Below are positions 32,901 through 43,175 of a DNA stretch of 64,000 nt, in pieces. This DNA is from Nitrospirota bacterium. Lineage in GTDB: Bacteria > Nitrospirota > UBA9217. Where the stretch lies: positions 224,001-288,000 of the forward strand of contig CAVWHO010000010.1 of the NCBI GenBank assembly GCA_963754875.1. Direction: 5' to 3'. Position 1 is the stretch's first letter. The number at the start of each line of letters is the position of its first letter. A model generated the notes under the pieces. That model searched no databases. It was given only the letters and a program-made list of their open reading frames with translations, and had not been told where the DNA came from. Made by a program: the position numbers and the translations under genes.

Positions 32901-32959
32901 TTTATACGCTCGTTGATGATTTGGAAAATTCCTTCCGGAAGAGAAAGGCGGCGTCATAA
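29903..32959 (+). CDS. RND (AcrB/HAE1) efflux transporter
   Basis: IKRPV start, [30 protein letters not shown]. Confidence 0.97.
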   Translation: MRLPEISIKRPVFITMIGLALIVFGIVSFPRLALDLFPKVDFPIVNITTKLVGASPEIMEADVTNTIEEAVNTINGVKSITSQSMEEYSIVTVEFQLERNVEQAAQDVRDKVAAIRNQLPRDSEPPVIEKISPEDQPIVWIAVWGDRSIRDLTHYADKILKRDIEKIPGVGSVTMSGGRTRQVRIWIDRKKMDAASLTADDIKQALGREHREVPGGRVENVRTEYIVKTKGEYETPEAFNDLIIAYRHGRLIKLKDIGSAEDGLEDERSITRFDGKMAVGLSVKRQSGENTVAVAERVKAAVAAIKPPQGMHLDITFDQSKFIRRSIEDVQISLWLGAVLAVLIIFVFLRSVRSTLISAVALPTSVIATFAFIHAFGFTLNMMTMLGLSLSIGILIDDSIVVLENIYRRMEEGEPPMQAALEGSSEIGLAVMATTLSIVAVFVPVAFMKGIVGKFFFEFGITVTVAVLISLFVSLTLTPMLTSRFLSHTKKHGKVYLFLEKGFDKMYDVYKPLLAWALKHRWSVIAIAGASIVIGLVFFGILGKEFMPNEDQGRYMVRLETPIDYSLPRADGVMRKIDEELRKRPEVQSTFYVTGSDLTPDVNKSRIYVNLKERKDRNIAQLDSMKQVRDFLAGKSDIKSSVEMIAMVGGGMRSVPIQLMVQGRNLDDLNMRTLAIKNEFAKLPGVVDADTSIETGKPEVRIRIDRDKAANLGVSAASIGGTVNTMIGGEIVGKYKDEKEGERYDIVARLIPSERDRPDDIETLWVRSSTGELVRLQDVSTAKTGEGPTVIMHYNRQRAATLYAGTDKTLPMGQAMNELNAIVKKNVTPDISTRYVGMADAMLDAFKNIAFALVIAVIMVYMILASQFESFVHPFTIMFSLPVSLIGAMGLLLLTGERVQIFSLIGVIMLMGLVTKNAILLIDYTITLRKRGMTREEALLQAGPVRLRPIVMTTAAMVFGMLPTALKIGEGAESRAPMAIAVIGGLITSTLLTLVVIPVVYTLVDDLENSFRKRKAAS

Positions 32960-32981
32960 GCGCTATTACGTGAATCTCACC

Positions 32982-33800
32982 ATGCTTAAACTTGGCCATA
33001 TCCTTTACTCAAACTGTTTCCCCCCCCATGCGGGAATTGTGCTGCAGAAGGTCGCTTTTCCCTTCAAACTGGTGGAAGGCATCCCTACGCAATTGAACCG
33101 GCTGCTTGCTGAAGGTACGATTGATGTGTCGCCGTCATCATCCATTGAGTACGCGGTTAACAGGGGGCGCTACCTACTGCTGCCTGATCTGTCAATCACC
33201 TCAAAAAATCACGTTATGAGCATTCTCCTGGAGAGCAAGGTCCCTATAGAAGAGCTGGGCAAGAAGGTTGTTGCGTTGACTACGGCGTCGGCCACATCGG
33301 TCGTACTGCTTCGCATTCTCCTGGAAATTCAGTACGGCGTGAACCCGGAATATCTGCTCTATGAGCAGGGCGTTGAAGACCCCTCAGAACGGATCGACGC
33401 AATGCTAACGATCGGTGACTTGGCAATTCAGAGGGCCGCTGCCTCAAGCTTTCCCCACTGCTATGATCTTGGGGAACTCTGGCACGCATTTACCGGCCTG
33501 CCCTTTGTATTTGCGCTCTGGCAGGTAAACGATCGAAAAAAAATACACAACGATCTTGCGCGGTTGTATGATATTATTATGGAGTCAAGAGCGTACGGGC
33601 TTGCCCACCTCCAGGAACTGGCCGAAAATAACTCGGCGCGGTTTAACATCCCGGCTGCGGTACTCTTAAAGTATTGGAATTTGTTCAGCTACAGTTTCGG
33701 CGAAGAGGAAAAAAAAGGGCTCCTGACCTATTACGGCTATGCAGCTGAAATTGGGGCAATCGAAGCCGTGACGGAACTACGTTTCTGGTCGCGGGACTGA
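32982..33800 (+). CDS. mqnA: Chorismate dehydratase, futalosine menaquinone pathway (MqnA/MqnD family)
   Basis: GHILYSNCFP, P..LNRLL.EG.IDVSPSSSIEY, SATS, IGDLA, TGLPFVFALW. Confidence 0.85.
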   Translation: MLKLGHILYSNCFPPHAGIVLQKVAFPFKLVEGIPTQLNRLLAEGTIDVSPSSSIEYAVNRGRYLLLPDLSITSKNHVMSILLESKVPIEELGKKVVALTTASATSVVLLRILLEIQYGVNPEYLLYEQGVEDPSERIDAMLTIGDLAIQRAAASSFPHCYDLGELWHAFTGLPFVFALWQVNDRKKIHNDLARLYDIIMESRAYGLAHLQELAENNSARFNIPAAVLLKYWNLFSYSFGEEEKKGLLTYYGYAAEIGAIEAVTELRFWSRD

Positions 33801-33823
33801 ACAAAAAACTGGAGCAGACACTC

Positions 33824-34810
33824 ATGTCGGTCTCTCATATGCATTCGCAGTCACACGATCATGAGCACGGCGAGGGCCATGGCCATGCTCACGGCCACGA
33901 GAAACTCCGTGCGGCTGCAGGCGGCCAGCGGGATCTCTTGATCGCGTTATCGATCACGGTACTCATGATGATCGTCGAGGTGGTCGGCGGTCTCTTATCG
34001 AACAGTCTGGCACTGTTGTCCGATGCAGGTCATATGTTTACCGACAACCTCGCCTTGCTGCTTTCCTTTTTTGCAATGAAGTTCGCCACCCTGCCGGCGA
34101 CGGAAAAAAAGACCTTCGGTTTTTATCGTCTTGAGATTCTTGCCGCCTTGCTGAACGGCATTGTGCTCGTCCTTATATCGCTCTACATCATGTACCAAGC
34201 CTACTTGCGGATGGTTCACCCGCAGCCGGTGGAAGGACAGCTGATGCTGGTCATAGCGATCATCGGGCTGGTCGCGAACGTGGCTGGCGCTTTTTTCCTC
34301 TTCAAACACAGCCACGCCAGCCTGAATATCAGGGGAGCGTACCTGCATATCGTGGGAGACGCTCTTGCGTCGATCGGCGTCGTGATCGGCGGTGTCATCA
34401 TCATCTATTTCGGCTGGTACCTGATCGACCCGATCCTGAGCATCATCATATCCCTGATCATCATTTACGGGTCCTGGTCTCTGGTCAAGGAGTCGGTCAA
34501 TATTCTCCTGGAGTCGGTGCCGTCCCATATCGACATCGACACGGTAAGCGCCGAGATAGCGCAAGTGAAGGGCGTCCGTGAGGCATACCATATCCACATC
34601 TGGGCCATAACCTCCGGTGTTTATTCCATGAGCGCACACGTGCTGATCGACGACCAGCTGGTCAGCGGGTGCAGGAACATTATTGACGAAATCCGGGAAA
34701 TACTGTCGAAAAAATTCAACATCCGCCACAGCACCATCCAGCTTGAATGCGACCGGTGTGACATGAGCCCCGTGTGCAGTCTCCCGAATGATGTTCGGAA
34801 AGAACAATGA
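33824..34810 (+). CDS. CDF family metal transporter (CzcD/ZitB-like)
   Basis: His-rich N-terminus, SLALLSDAGHM, AYLHIVGD, HSTIQLE. Confidence 0.95.
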   Translation: MSVSHMHSQSHDHEHGEGHGHAHGHEKLRAAAGGQRDLLIALSITVLMMIVEVVGGLLSNSLALLSDAGHMFTDNLALLLSFFAMKFATLPATEKKTFGFYRLEILAALLNGIVLVLISLYIMYQAYLRMVHPQPVEGQLMLVIAIIGLVANVAGAFFLFKHSHASLNIRGAYLHIVGDALASIGVVIGGVIIIYFGWYLIDPILSIIISLIIIYGSWSLVKESVNILLESVPSHIDIDTVSAEIAQVKGVREAYHIHIWAITSGVYSMSAHVLIDDQLVSGCRNIIDEIREILSKKFNIRHSTIQLECDRCDMSPVCSLPNDVRKEQ

Positions 34811-34840
34811 TGCAATTATTTGACTGGATCGAAAGGGACG

Positions 34841-35425
34841 ATGAAACACTTAGGGCGTAAGATCTTTCATCTTCTGGGCGGCTTGGGACTTTTGTCGCTC
34901 TATTTTATTTTCAGTAGGACCACGGCCTTTGCAGCCTATGGTGTGCTTATCGTAATCGTCCTCACGATCGAGATCATCCGGCTCAATTTCCCGGCCTTGA
35001 ACACTTATATCTATACCCGTTTAGGCGGTGTTATTCGCGCAAATGAAAAGCAGAAGATGAGCGGCACGGTGCCCTATATTCTCGGCGTCGGCTTGTCACT
35101 CTACGCCTATTCGACGCCGGTGGCCGCGGCTGCAATTTGTTTTCTCGCATTCGGCGATGTCGCTGCTACGACGATTGGTGAGCGCTACGGGAAGACCAAG
35201 ATCGGGAGCAAAAGTCTTGAAGGCACGGCTGCCTTCATAATTGCGTCGCTCGTTGTCGGCTTCTTTTTACCCGTCGTTGGACTGAAGCTTGCGTCATGGG
35301 TGATGGTCCTCGGCGCCCTTGCTGCAGCCTGTATCGAATTGCTCCCGCTTTCCCTGAACGATAATCTCATGATCCCTATCCTGTCCGGCGCGGTTATGGA
35401 ATTAGCCGCGACTTGGGCCCGCTGA
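34841..35425 (+). CDS. CTP-dependent polyprenol/diacylglycerol kinase-like protein (SEC59/DGK1/VTE5 family)
   Basis: RKIFH, FGDVAA..IG..YGK, KSLEGT, NDNL.IP. Confidence 0.8.
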   Translation: MKHLGRKIFHLLGGLGLLSLYFIFSRTTAFAAYGVLIVIVLTIEIIRLNFPALNTYIYTRLGGVIRANEKQKMSGTVPYILGVGLSLYAYSTPVAAAAICFLAFGDVAATTIGERYGKTKIGSKSLEGTAAFIIASLVVGFFLPVVGLKLASWVMVLGALAAACIELLPLSLNDNLMIPILSGAVMELAATWAR

Positions 35426-35495
35426 CCGGGTTTGAATCTGCTCCCGGTTATCGCACCGATGGCCGGCAGTACGTTGGGAGAAATAAGGTTTAGTT

Positions 35496-36794
35496 ATGCG
35501 TGTTCTTGCAGTCATATGCCTGCTGTTGATAAGTATGCTGTCTCCTGCCTTGGCCGGGACAACGCTCACGCTTCATGAATGCATCGACAATGCACTTGCC
35601 AACCATCCGTCCATCCGTGCTGCCCGGGAAGCCTGGAACGCGGGGCAGGGAAGAGTGTTACAAGCTGCGTCGCCCTATCTGCCCCAGGTTACCGCGAGCA
35701 CGGGGTACTCTGAAAATCGAGCGCTGGGAGGCGCCTTCGGCGAAACTATCACGAAGACCTATACAACCACGCTGTCCGTCAACCAAGTGTTATATGATTT
35801 CGGCAGAACAGGCAATGCCCTTGACTCAGCGCGATTCGGAACACAATCGGCTGAGATGGACGTTGACCGGGTTGTGCAGGAAGTGGTCCTGAATGTGAAA
35901 AAGACATATTTTGCCCTGCTTCAAGCTAAAAAACTGGTTAGTGTTGCCCAGAAGACGCTTGGGCAGACCGAAAGTCACTTAAAACAGGCCGAAGCTTTTT
36001 TTCGCGCCGGTTCCAAACCAAGGTTCGACGTGACCCGGGCCGAGGTTGACGTGAACAACGCGAGGCTCGGACTGATCAATGCGGACAATTCCGTACGATT
36101 GAATACGATAGCCCTCTACAACGCAATGGGCCTCGATCCGGCGCGTGACGTCGATATCGAAGACGTCCTTTCCCAGCCCGTAGCCTTCCCGTCGCTCGAC
36201 CAGGCCCAGACGCAGGCGCTGAAAAACAGACCGGAAATGTTGAAAACGGGATCTGACATCGATGCCGCACGGTCCCAAGTCAAGTCAGCACAAGCGAGTT
36301 ATCTCCCGACGCTTTCAGCCAATGGGGCCTACAGCTGGGCGCATGGGACCACGCAGCTCGGTTCCTTCAACGGGATTCCTCTCGAAGGCGATGTTCAGGA
36401 CAGTTGGAACGCCGGCGTAATGCTTTCGATGCCGCTCTTTGAAGGCGGGCTGACGAAGGGCCGCGTGAGCGAGGCACGAGCGAACGAACATTCGCTTGAA
36501 GCCCAGCGAGACACGCTAAGGCAAACCATCCTCCTCGAAGTCAACCAGGCTTATGCAGATCTGGAAAGCGGTACGGCCCGGATTGCCGTGATGGAGAGCT
36601 CTCTCAAAAGCGCACAGGAAAGCCTGGACCTGGCCGAGGGCAGATACCGGGCCGGCGTGGGCCCTTCTATCGAGGTGACTGACGCGCAAGTCGCCGCCGC
36701 GAAGGCAGAGACCGATTATGTGCAGGCCCTCTATGACTATCAGCTCGCGGCGGCGAGGCTTGCGAAGGCCATAGGAGCGGGATTGGAGCAGTAA
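35496..36794 (+). CDS. TolC family outer membrane protein
   Basis: Signal peptide, YDFG, PLFEGG, GRYRAGVG..IEVTDA. Confidence 0.92.
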   Translation: MRVLAVICLLLISMLSPALAGTTLTLHECIDNALANHPSIRAAREAWNAGQGRVLQAASPYLPQVTASTGYSENRALGGAFGETITKTYTTTLSVNQVLYDFGRTGNALDSARFGTQSAEMDVDRVVQEVVLNVKKTYFALLQAKKLVSVAQKTLGQTESHLKQAEAFFRAGSKPRFDVTRAEVDVNNARLGLINADNSVRLNTIALYNAMGLDPARDVDIEDVLSQPVAFPSLDQAQTQALKNRPEMLKTGSDIDAARSQVKSAQASYLPTLSANGAYSWAHGTTQLGSFNGIPLEGDVQDSWNAGVMLSMPLFEGGLTKGRVSEARANEHSLEAQRDTLRQTILLEVNQAYADLESGTARIAVMESSLKSAQESLDLAEGRYRAGVGPSIEVTDAQVAAAKAETDYVQALYDYQLAAARLAKAIGAGLEQ

Positions 36795-36895
36795 TGCCGT
36801 ACTCAATTCAAAGTGAGAATTCGGAGTAGTCCATTCGGTTAAAAATCGCTTTTAAAAAATCTTTTCCGTCGTGGCCCCTTTCGTGAGGAGACTCT

Positions 36896-37354
36896 ATGCC
36901 AGTCAAAGAGGTTGTTTTTACCGTAAAGCTGCCTATCAAAAGCGTATGGTCATTCATGAACGATCGCCCCGAAGTGGGCTGTTTGTTCCCAGGCTGCTTA
37001 GGCGTCAAGATCCTGAACGAGCTTGATTCGGTCTGGACGATCAGAATGTCGCTGGGGCCCTTTACGCGGACCATCGAGATGTATGCTCACACGACGGAAA
37101 TGATTGAAAACCAAAGGCTGGCATGGACCGCAACGCATGAACACCTTATCACGTCGGGAGTCACCGCCTTCCGCAAGATAACAGAGGACGAAACCGAAGT
37201 AACGTACCACCTGGAGGGGCATATTACGGGACACTTCAGTTTTCTCCAGGAAATCGTTGTTGCAGAAAAATTGGGCGAGGTGACAAGGGCCTTCATGAAA
37301 AATATCAAAGAACGGCTTGAATACAGTGCTGACAAGGATCCGAAGGGATCATGA
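36896..37354 (+). CDS. SRPBCC/CoxG family protein
   Basis: VWSFMND...GCLFPGC and helix-grip fold pattern. Confidence 0.75.
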   Translation: MPVKEVVFTVKLPIKSVWSFMNDRPEVGCLFPGCLGVKILNELDSVWTIRMSLGPFTRTIEMYAHTTEMIENQRLAWTATHEHLITSGVTAFRKITEDETEVTYHLEGHITGHFSFLQEIVVAEKLGEVTRAFMKNIKERLEYSADKDPKGS

Positions 37355-37355
37355 T

Positions 37356-38453
37356 ATGGCTATAGGGTCCGCGATTCTCAAAAGCAAAATAACCTGGGTT
37401 GTCGCAGCCATTGTTGTCGCGCTAGCAATCGCCGTGGTAGGCGGAAAAAAGCCGGTCATGGTCAGGATAGCTGAACTCAAACCGGGCGAACTCCGCGTCA
37501 TTGTGAACGCAACGACAACGTCCACCGTAAAATCGGAGACCGAGGTCGCTCTCTCGGCGCAACGGACAGGCAGGGTGGTCAAACTTCCGGTGAAGGAAGG
37601 GGACACGGTCAAAGCAGGAGCGCTGATCGCGCAGCTCGACCTTACCGAAGAATCGGTGCAGTCCGAAAGCGTGCTCGGTCAGAGCAAGGCTACGTACCAG
37701 GAAGCGGACAAAAATCTCAGGCGCATGCAGGACCTTTTCGACAAGGGCATGATCGCTCAACAGGACCTCGATGCCGTTAAGCGCGCCTACGAGGTCGCGA
37801 AGACCCAGTACGAGGCTGCCCAGGAAGACGACCGGGTAAAGAAGGACTATTCCGTTATCAGAGCGCCCTTCGACGGCGTGATTTCTAAGAAATACACCGA
37901 GGTAGGGGAGCTCTTAATGCCGGGAAAACAAATCGTTACGATCGTCAATCCCAACCTCATTTACGTTCTCGCAACGATCGACGAGGTTGACGTGGGCAGG
38001 CTCCGTATTGGCCAGCCGGTCACGATCACCGTGGATGCCTTTCCCGGAGAAAAATTTCAGGGGACCATTAAGCGTATTTCACCGATCGTGAGCGGCGGCA
38101 AACTAGAAACCCGCACTGCCGACGTATGGATATACTTCAACGAGAAACAGCCGAAGATCAAGCCGGGAATGTCGGCAGACGTAGAAATCCTCGTCGCGAC
38201 CCTGGAGAACGTGCTTTCCCTTCCTTCTCAGGCAGTCATCGAACGGGAAGGGAAAAAGCAAGTCTTTGTTGTCGATGGGAGCCCGCTCAAACCCGGCTCC
38301 CAAGCCACAGTAAAACTTCAGCCCGTTGAAATCGGCGAGACTAACTGGAGCTATACTCAGATAACCAGCGGTCTCAAGGCCGGTGATTACGTCATTACGA
38401 CGCCGGAAGCGGCGGGACTGAAAAACAGCGTCAAGGTGAAGGTGGAGCAATAA
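37356..38453 (+). CDS. MacA-like periplasmic adaptor (MFP)
   Basis: VKEGDTVKAG, IRAPFDG, PGMSADV. Confidence 0.92.
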   Translation: MAIGSAILKSKITWVVAAIVVALAIAVVGGKKPVMVRIAELKPGELRVIVNATTTSTVKSETEVALSAQRTGRVVKLPVKEGDTVKAGALIAQLDLTEESVQSESVLGQSKATYQEADKNLRRMQDLFDKGMIAQQDLDAVKRAYEVAKTQYEAAQEDDRVKKDYSVIRAPFDGVISKKYTEVGELLMPGKQIVTIVNPNLIYVLATIDEVDVGRLRIGQPVTITVDAFPGEKFQGTIKRISPIVSGGKLETRTADVWIYFNEKQPKIKPGMSADVEILVATLENVLSLPSQAVIEREGKKQVFVVDGSPLKPGSQATVKLQPVEIGETNWSYTQITSGLKAGDYVITTPEAAGLKNSVKVKVEQ

Positions 38454-38456
38454 CGT

Positions 38457-38540
38457 AGTTCAGAGTACAAAGTTCAGAGTTCAGGGTTTTGAAGCCTTGC
38501 TCGTCTTGACTAAGAACTTTGAACTCTGGAACTTTGAACG
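38457..38540. repeat. Heptamer repeats (AGTTCAG) with an inverted set
   Basis: agttcag agtacaa agttcag agttcag ... gaact ttgaact ctggaact ttgaacg. Confidence 0.8.
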
Positions 38541-38550
38541 ATTTTCCCTC

Positions 38551-39228
38551 ATGATCGACCTTTCCAACATCACAAAAACTTACCGTATGGGCGATTTGGA
38601 TATCACCGTCCTCGCCGGCATCTCCCTGAGCGTCAAGCCGGGTGAACTCATCGCAATCATGGGGCCGTCGGGCTCGGGGAAATCGACACTCATGAACATC
38701 GTCGGCTGCCTCGACAGACCAACAAGCGGGGTCTATCGTTTCGAAGATCGCGAGATCAGTACCTTATCCGATGATGAGCTTGCGTCAGTCCGCAACGTCA
38801 AAATCGGGTTTGTATTCCAAACTTTTAATCTGCTGCCGCGGTTCTCGGCCCTGAAAAACGTCGAGGTCCCGCTTATTTACAGCGGGGTGCCCGCCCGTGT
38901 ACGGAGAGAACGGGCTGTGCCGCTGCTCGAACAGGTTGGGCTCGCCGATCGCATGTATCACAAGCCCACGGAGCTTTCAGGCGGGCAGCAGCAGCGCGTC
39001 GCCATTGCCCGCGCGCTCGTGAATAACCCACCGCTCCTGCTCGCTGATGAACCTACGGGCAATCTGGACAGCCGTTCGGGAGAGGAAATCCTGAACATTC
39101 TGACGGGGCTCAATAAACGGGGAGTCACGATCATCATCGTCACCCACGACTCGAACGTGGCGGCCCGGTGCAAAAGGAACATTCATCTGAAAGACGGGCA
39201 GATCTTAGACGACCAGGTGATCTCATGA
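38551..39228 (+). CDS. MacB/LolD-type ABC ATPase
   Basis: [26 protein letters not shown]. Confidence 0.95.
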   Translation: MIDLSNITKTYRMGDLDITVLAGISLSVKPGELIAIMGPSGSGKSTLMNIVGCLDRPTSGVYRFEDREISTLSDDELASVRNVKIGFVFQTFNLLPRFSALKNVEVPLIYSGVPARVRRERAVPLLEQVGLADRMYHKPTELSGGQQQRVAIARALVNNPPLLLADEPTGNLDSRSGEEILNILTGLNKRGVTIIIVTHDSNVAARCKRNIHLKDGQILDDQVIS

Positions 39229-40433
39229 ATTTCCTCGAAACATTCCGGGTGTCCTTTGAAGCGATCCTGTCCAACAAGGTCCGCTCAGGCCTCACCATGC
39301 TTGGCGTCATCATCGGCGTCATGGCTGTGATCCTGCTGGTTTCCATCGGAGAGGGCGCACGGGTCTACATCACGAAGGAACTCACAGGCCTCGGTACGAA
39401 CCTCCTCATTATCACGCCGGGCAAGACGAGTGCCAGCGGCGGATTCCACCCGCCGTCGGCAGGCACGGTCCGCAAGTTGACCTACGACGATTCTCAGGCC
39501 CTCAGGCGCCGAGCCTGGCTGTTGACCGATGCAGTGCCGCTCGTGCTCGGGACCGGAAGGATCAAGTACACGAACCTCGGCCGCGATGTCATGATCATCG
39601 GCGTCACGCCCGAATTCCAGCGGGTGAGAAATCTTTTCGTCGATTCCGGAAGCTACGTGACCCAGGGCGACGTGGATTCCAAGTTCAAGGTCGTCGTGCT
39701 CGGGACAAAAGTAAAAGAAGAGCTCTTCGGGGACCAGAACGCGCTTGGCAAGGTCGTCATGCTTTCCGACGTCCGGTACCGCGTCATAGGCGTGATGCGG
39801 AAGAAGGGGACCAGCCTCGGCATGGACGTGGACGACGTCGTGTATGTACCGGTCACGAGCGGGCAAGAGCTGTTCGATACGGACGCACTGTTTGAGATCA
39901 TCGCCTCAACGCCCCGGGCCGAAGATACGGACCGAGCCATTGCCCAGATAAAGGACATCCTTATCAGACGCCATGCCCATAGAGAGGACTTTACGATCCA
40001 GACCCAGGGGGCCATGCTGGATACGATGAACACGATCCTGGGCGTCTTGACCGCGGTGCTCGGCGGCATTGCTGGTATCTCGCTATTGGTCGGCGGCATC
40101 GGCATCATGAACATCATGCTGGTCTCGGTGCGGGAACGGACGCGGGAGATCGGCATCCGTAAGGCCTTGGGCGCGCGGAACAGGGACATCATGGCGCAAT
40201 TCATGATCGAGGCCATGACCTTATCCGGAGCAGGCGGCGTGATCGGCATACTCATCGGCGTCGGCCTGGCGCTGCTCATCCCGATGTTCATCGATGTCCT
40301 GCCTACGAGCGTCTCGCTCTGGTCCATTGCGATGGCCTTCATTTTTTCCGGGGCGGTAGGAGTCTTTTTTGGCGTGTACCCCGCGCGCAAGGCGGCCTTG
40401 CAGGACCCGATACAGGCACTCAGATATGAGTGA
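39225..40433 (+). CDS. MacB-type ABC permease
   Basis: NKVRSGLTMLGVIIG, GGIGIMNIMLVSVRERTREIGIRKALGA, PIQALRYE; ATGA overlap with the ATPase gene. Confidence 0.95.
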   Translation: MNFLETFRVSFEAILSNKVRSGLTMLGVIIGVMAVILLVSIGEGARVYITKELTGLGTNLLIITPGKTSASGGFHPPSAGTVRKLTYDDSQALRRRAWLLTDAVPLVLGTGRIKYTNLGRDVMIIGVTPEFQRVRNLFVDSGSYVTQGDVDSKFKVVVLGTKVKEELFGDQNALGKVVMLSDVRYRVIGVMRKKGTSLGMDVDDVVYVPVTSGQELFDTDALFEIIASTPRAEDTDRAIAQIKDILIRRHAHREDFTIQTQGAMLDTMNTILGVLTAVLGGIAGISLLVGGIGIMNIMLVSVRERTREIGIRKALGARNRDIMAQFMIEAMTLSGAGGVIGILIGVGLALLIPMFIDVLPTSVSLWSIAMAFIFSGAVGVFFGVYPARKAALQDPIQALRYE

Positions 40434-40624
40434 TAAAGTTTATTGATTGAAGCACTCCTCAGCAAACCGCCGGCTAGCAAGTTTTTAACTCTCCCCTCTC
40501 TCTGATGGGAGGGGACCAAGGGGTCGGATCCAAGCTATGGGAAATTTCAAGCTAACAGGAAAAATAAAAAAAGCTGCAGCAAAGCGCTAATGTAGAGAAT
40601 GGTATAGATTCATGAGGTAAGGCA

Positions 40625-41726
40625 GTGAAAGAAACCAGGTATTCCATTTTTGATGACGGCAGAGTAGTTTTTCGTTACAACAACATTGGACGTGAAACCC
40701 CTTTCGAAGTTGAGATCCACTGTCCGCTCAAGAGCAGGATGCACGAAAAACACGACGAGATAATGGAGCAACACCGTCGATGGGCGCGCAGCTTTAAGAT
40801 CCCGCCGAGTGATGACAGTTATCAGCGATACTGTGATACCCGCCTTGACCTGCTTGCCTCATTTCAGCTCTACGATCTGCCGATCGAGGCAGCGGTCATT
40901 CACGGCCATCTCATGACGTGGTTTTTCGTTTTTGACGATATTATGGATATCGATCATGGACTGGAGGGTGAAGGCCGGACCTATACGTCCAAGTTATGCA
41001 AAAGACACCTGGAGATTCTCGGACGACGTTGGCCCGGATGACGGCGACCCTGGCGTCATTCACGCCTTTTACGATTTTCTGCAAAAAGTCAGGGTGCTCA
41101 GCGGCGAGCGATTTGCGTTCTGGTATGAACGCATGAAGCACCATCTCCGGGAGTACGTCCTCGGCGCATACTGGGAGAGCTTGATCGGCCCTACCACGGG
41201 CGTGAATACCAACACGGCGATGTATCTTCAGGTCAGGCACATGGCGGTTGGTGTCTCGCCCTGCCTTGATCTGATGGCAATGGCAGCAGGGATACCGGGA
41301 AGGCCGCTTGCAGACAACTTCTTTATCCAACGACTTGAGAGACTGGCGATCAACTACAGCATCTGGGTCAACGACCTCGCGGGTCTGGGACGCGATATGA
41401 AGCGTGGCCTCGGCAATGTCGTTTTTACGCTGCAGCGGGACCATGCACTGACGTTGGAGGAAGCGACCCGGATGCTGGCTCGACTGTGCGATGAGGAACT
41501 TAATGCGTTCCTGCAGGTCGAGAGTCAATTGCCGATGCTGCTCGGGAATGACTATGAGAAGGATAAAAAGATCTATGACGCGTATATCGATGTTCTGAAA
41601 CGATGGATGCGCGGGCTTCTGGACTGGTCTGCTCGGAGCGAGCGGTATCAGCGGCTGGATGTGAATATGGCACTGCAGGATCATGCCTCGATACGGCGCG
41701 CCTCACATAAATATTTCGCTGATTAG
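40625..41726 (+). CDS. Class I terpene synthase/cyclase; +1 frameshift at ~41021
   Basis: FVFDDIMD (DDxxD), YLQVR, WVNDLAGLGRD (NSE-like), WSARSERY (WxxxxxRY); removing one G joins ORFs 40625 and 40932 into 366 aa. Confidence 0.85.
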
Positions 41727-41919
41727 CCTGCATCCTCCGTGGGATAGTACTATTTCCTTTTCACGGTGTTAGATTACAATAGGATTTTACCGTCTCTGAT
41801 CATAATGGCCTTGCAGTTTGAGCCGGCGCAAATGCCGGAGAACACCATCGAGAATGGGACAAGTGACCGGATTGGAGGCACTTGGGTAAATGTTACGGGA
41901 ACGAGGAATATGCCGACAC

Positions 41920-43024
41920 ATGAGACAGGAAAGCACAGCACCCAAAAAGGTGATTCGGGAGATCAGGATCAACCCTATCGTGCCGACCGAGTCGGTGCTG
42001 GTAGCAACGGCGCGCAGCATGCGCCCGAAAAAGGAAGAGCCGCCCGCGCCTCATGACGCGCGTCCGCACGTCGAGACCTGTCCTTTTTGCAGAGGCAACG
42101 AGGATAAAACGCCCTCGCCGATCGCCGTCATTCCCAAAGAAGGGGATTGGCAGATCAGGATCGTGGAGAATATGTATCCGGTCCTGGGTGACGACAGCGA
42201 GAACCCGAACTTCGCGTTCGGATTGCAGCAGGCGATCAACGGATACGGCCGGCATGAAGTCATCATCGACAATCCCTCGCACGGCATCCGGATCCATGAA
42301 ATGACCGACAGCCATCTTGCGATGCTTCTGACCGCCTACCGTAACCGGATGGAACAGCTGTATCATTCCAATGACCGGCTCAAATATGTTCTTGTGTTCA
42401 AGAACTTCGGTCCGGCCGCGGGCGCCAGCATCGGCCATACTCATAGCCAGATCATTGCCATGCCGGTCGTGCCGCGCAATGTCCAGGCGGAGGTCCGGCA
42501 TAGTACGCTCTTTTACGGAAAAACGCACCAATGCATCTTCTGCAATTTGATCGATGAGGCGCTCACCTTCGAAGCGACTCTCTACGACCGGGAATCGGGA
42601 GAACTGAGGCGCAAGATCAATGTCGGGCAGTTCGTGATCGAAAAGAGCAGGAAGTTCATCGCCGTCAAGCCGTTCGCAAGCCGGTATGAGTGGGAAGTCC
42701 ATATCCTGCCGCTTATGCATTCCGCTGATTTTCTCTCTTCAATCTGCCGACGATCTCGCGGACCTGGCCCTGCTTTTCAAAAGGACCATGGCCAGGTTGA
42801 ACGTCTTGTTGGGCGGAGTGCAGTATAATTTCTTTATCCATTCTCTGCCGCATGGAGCAGAGTACGCAGGAAGCACACCGGCCTTCCATTGGCACATCGA
42901 GATCTGCCCGAGAACAAGCATCCCGACAGGGTTCGAAATGGGATCGGGCCTGTCGGTAAATACAATCGCCCCTGAAGACGCAGCCGAGCGCCTGAGGAGC
43001 GTAACGTTGGAAAGTCAAGCGTGA
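41920..43024 (+). CDS. galT: Galactose-1-phosphate uridylyltransferase family protein; frameshift at ~42735
   Basis: CPFCRGNE, GRHEVII, GASIGHTHSQ (HxHxQ), CIFC, FHWHIEICPR, GFEMGSG. Confidence 0.88.
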
Positions 43025-43042
43025 TGCATTAAAAAAAAGTAA

Positions 43043-43117
43043 TCACCACGGAGGCACGGAGAAAAAACTTTCTTAAATTAGTCGGTTTACTCTGTGTACT
43101 CCGTGACTCTGCGGTTA
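43043..43117. repeat. 8-9 bp CACGGAG repeats in inverted arrangement
   Basis: tcaccacggaggcacggag ... ctctgtgtactccgtgactctgcggtta. Confidence 0.7.
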
Positions 43118-43175
43118 AATCTGACTCTTTACAAGATCAACAGGCTTGTGATTCTGATTGGAGGCTGATTAATCT

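Noticed and set aside
40492..40515. TCCCCTCTC...GGGAGGGGA hairpin as a REP element or terminator
   Set aside because: Single copy in the window and no T-tract; cannot be classified.
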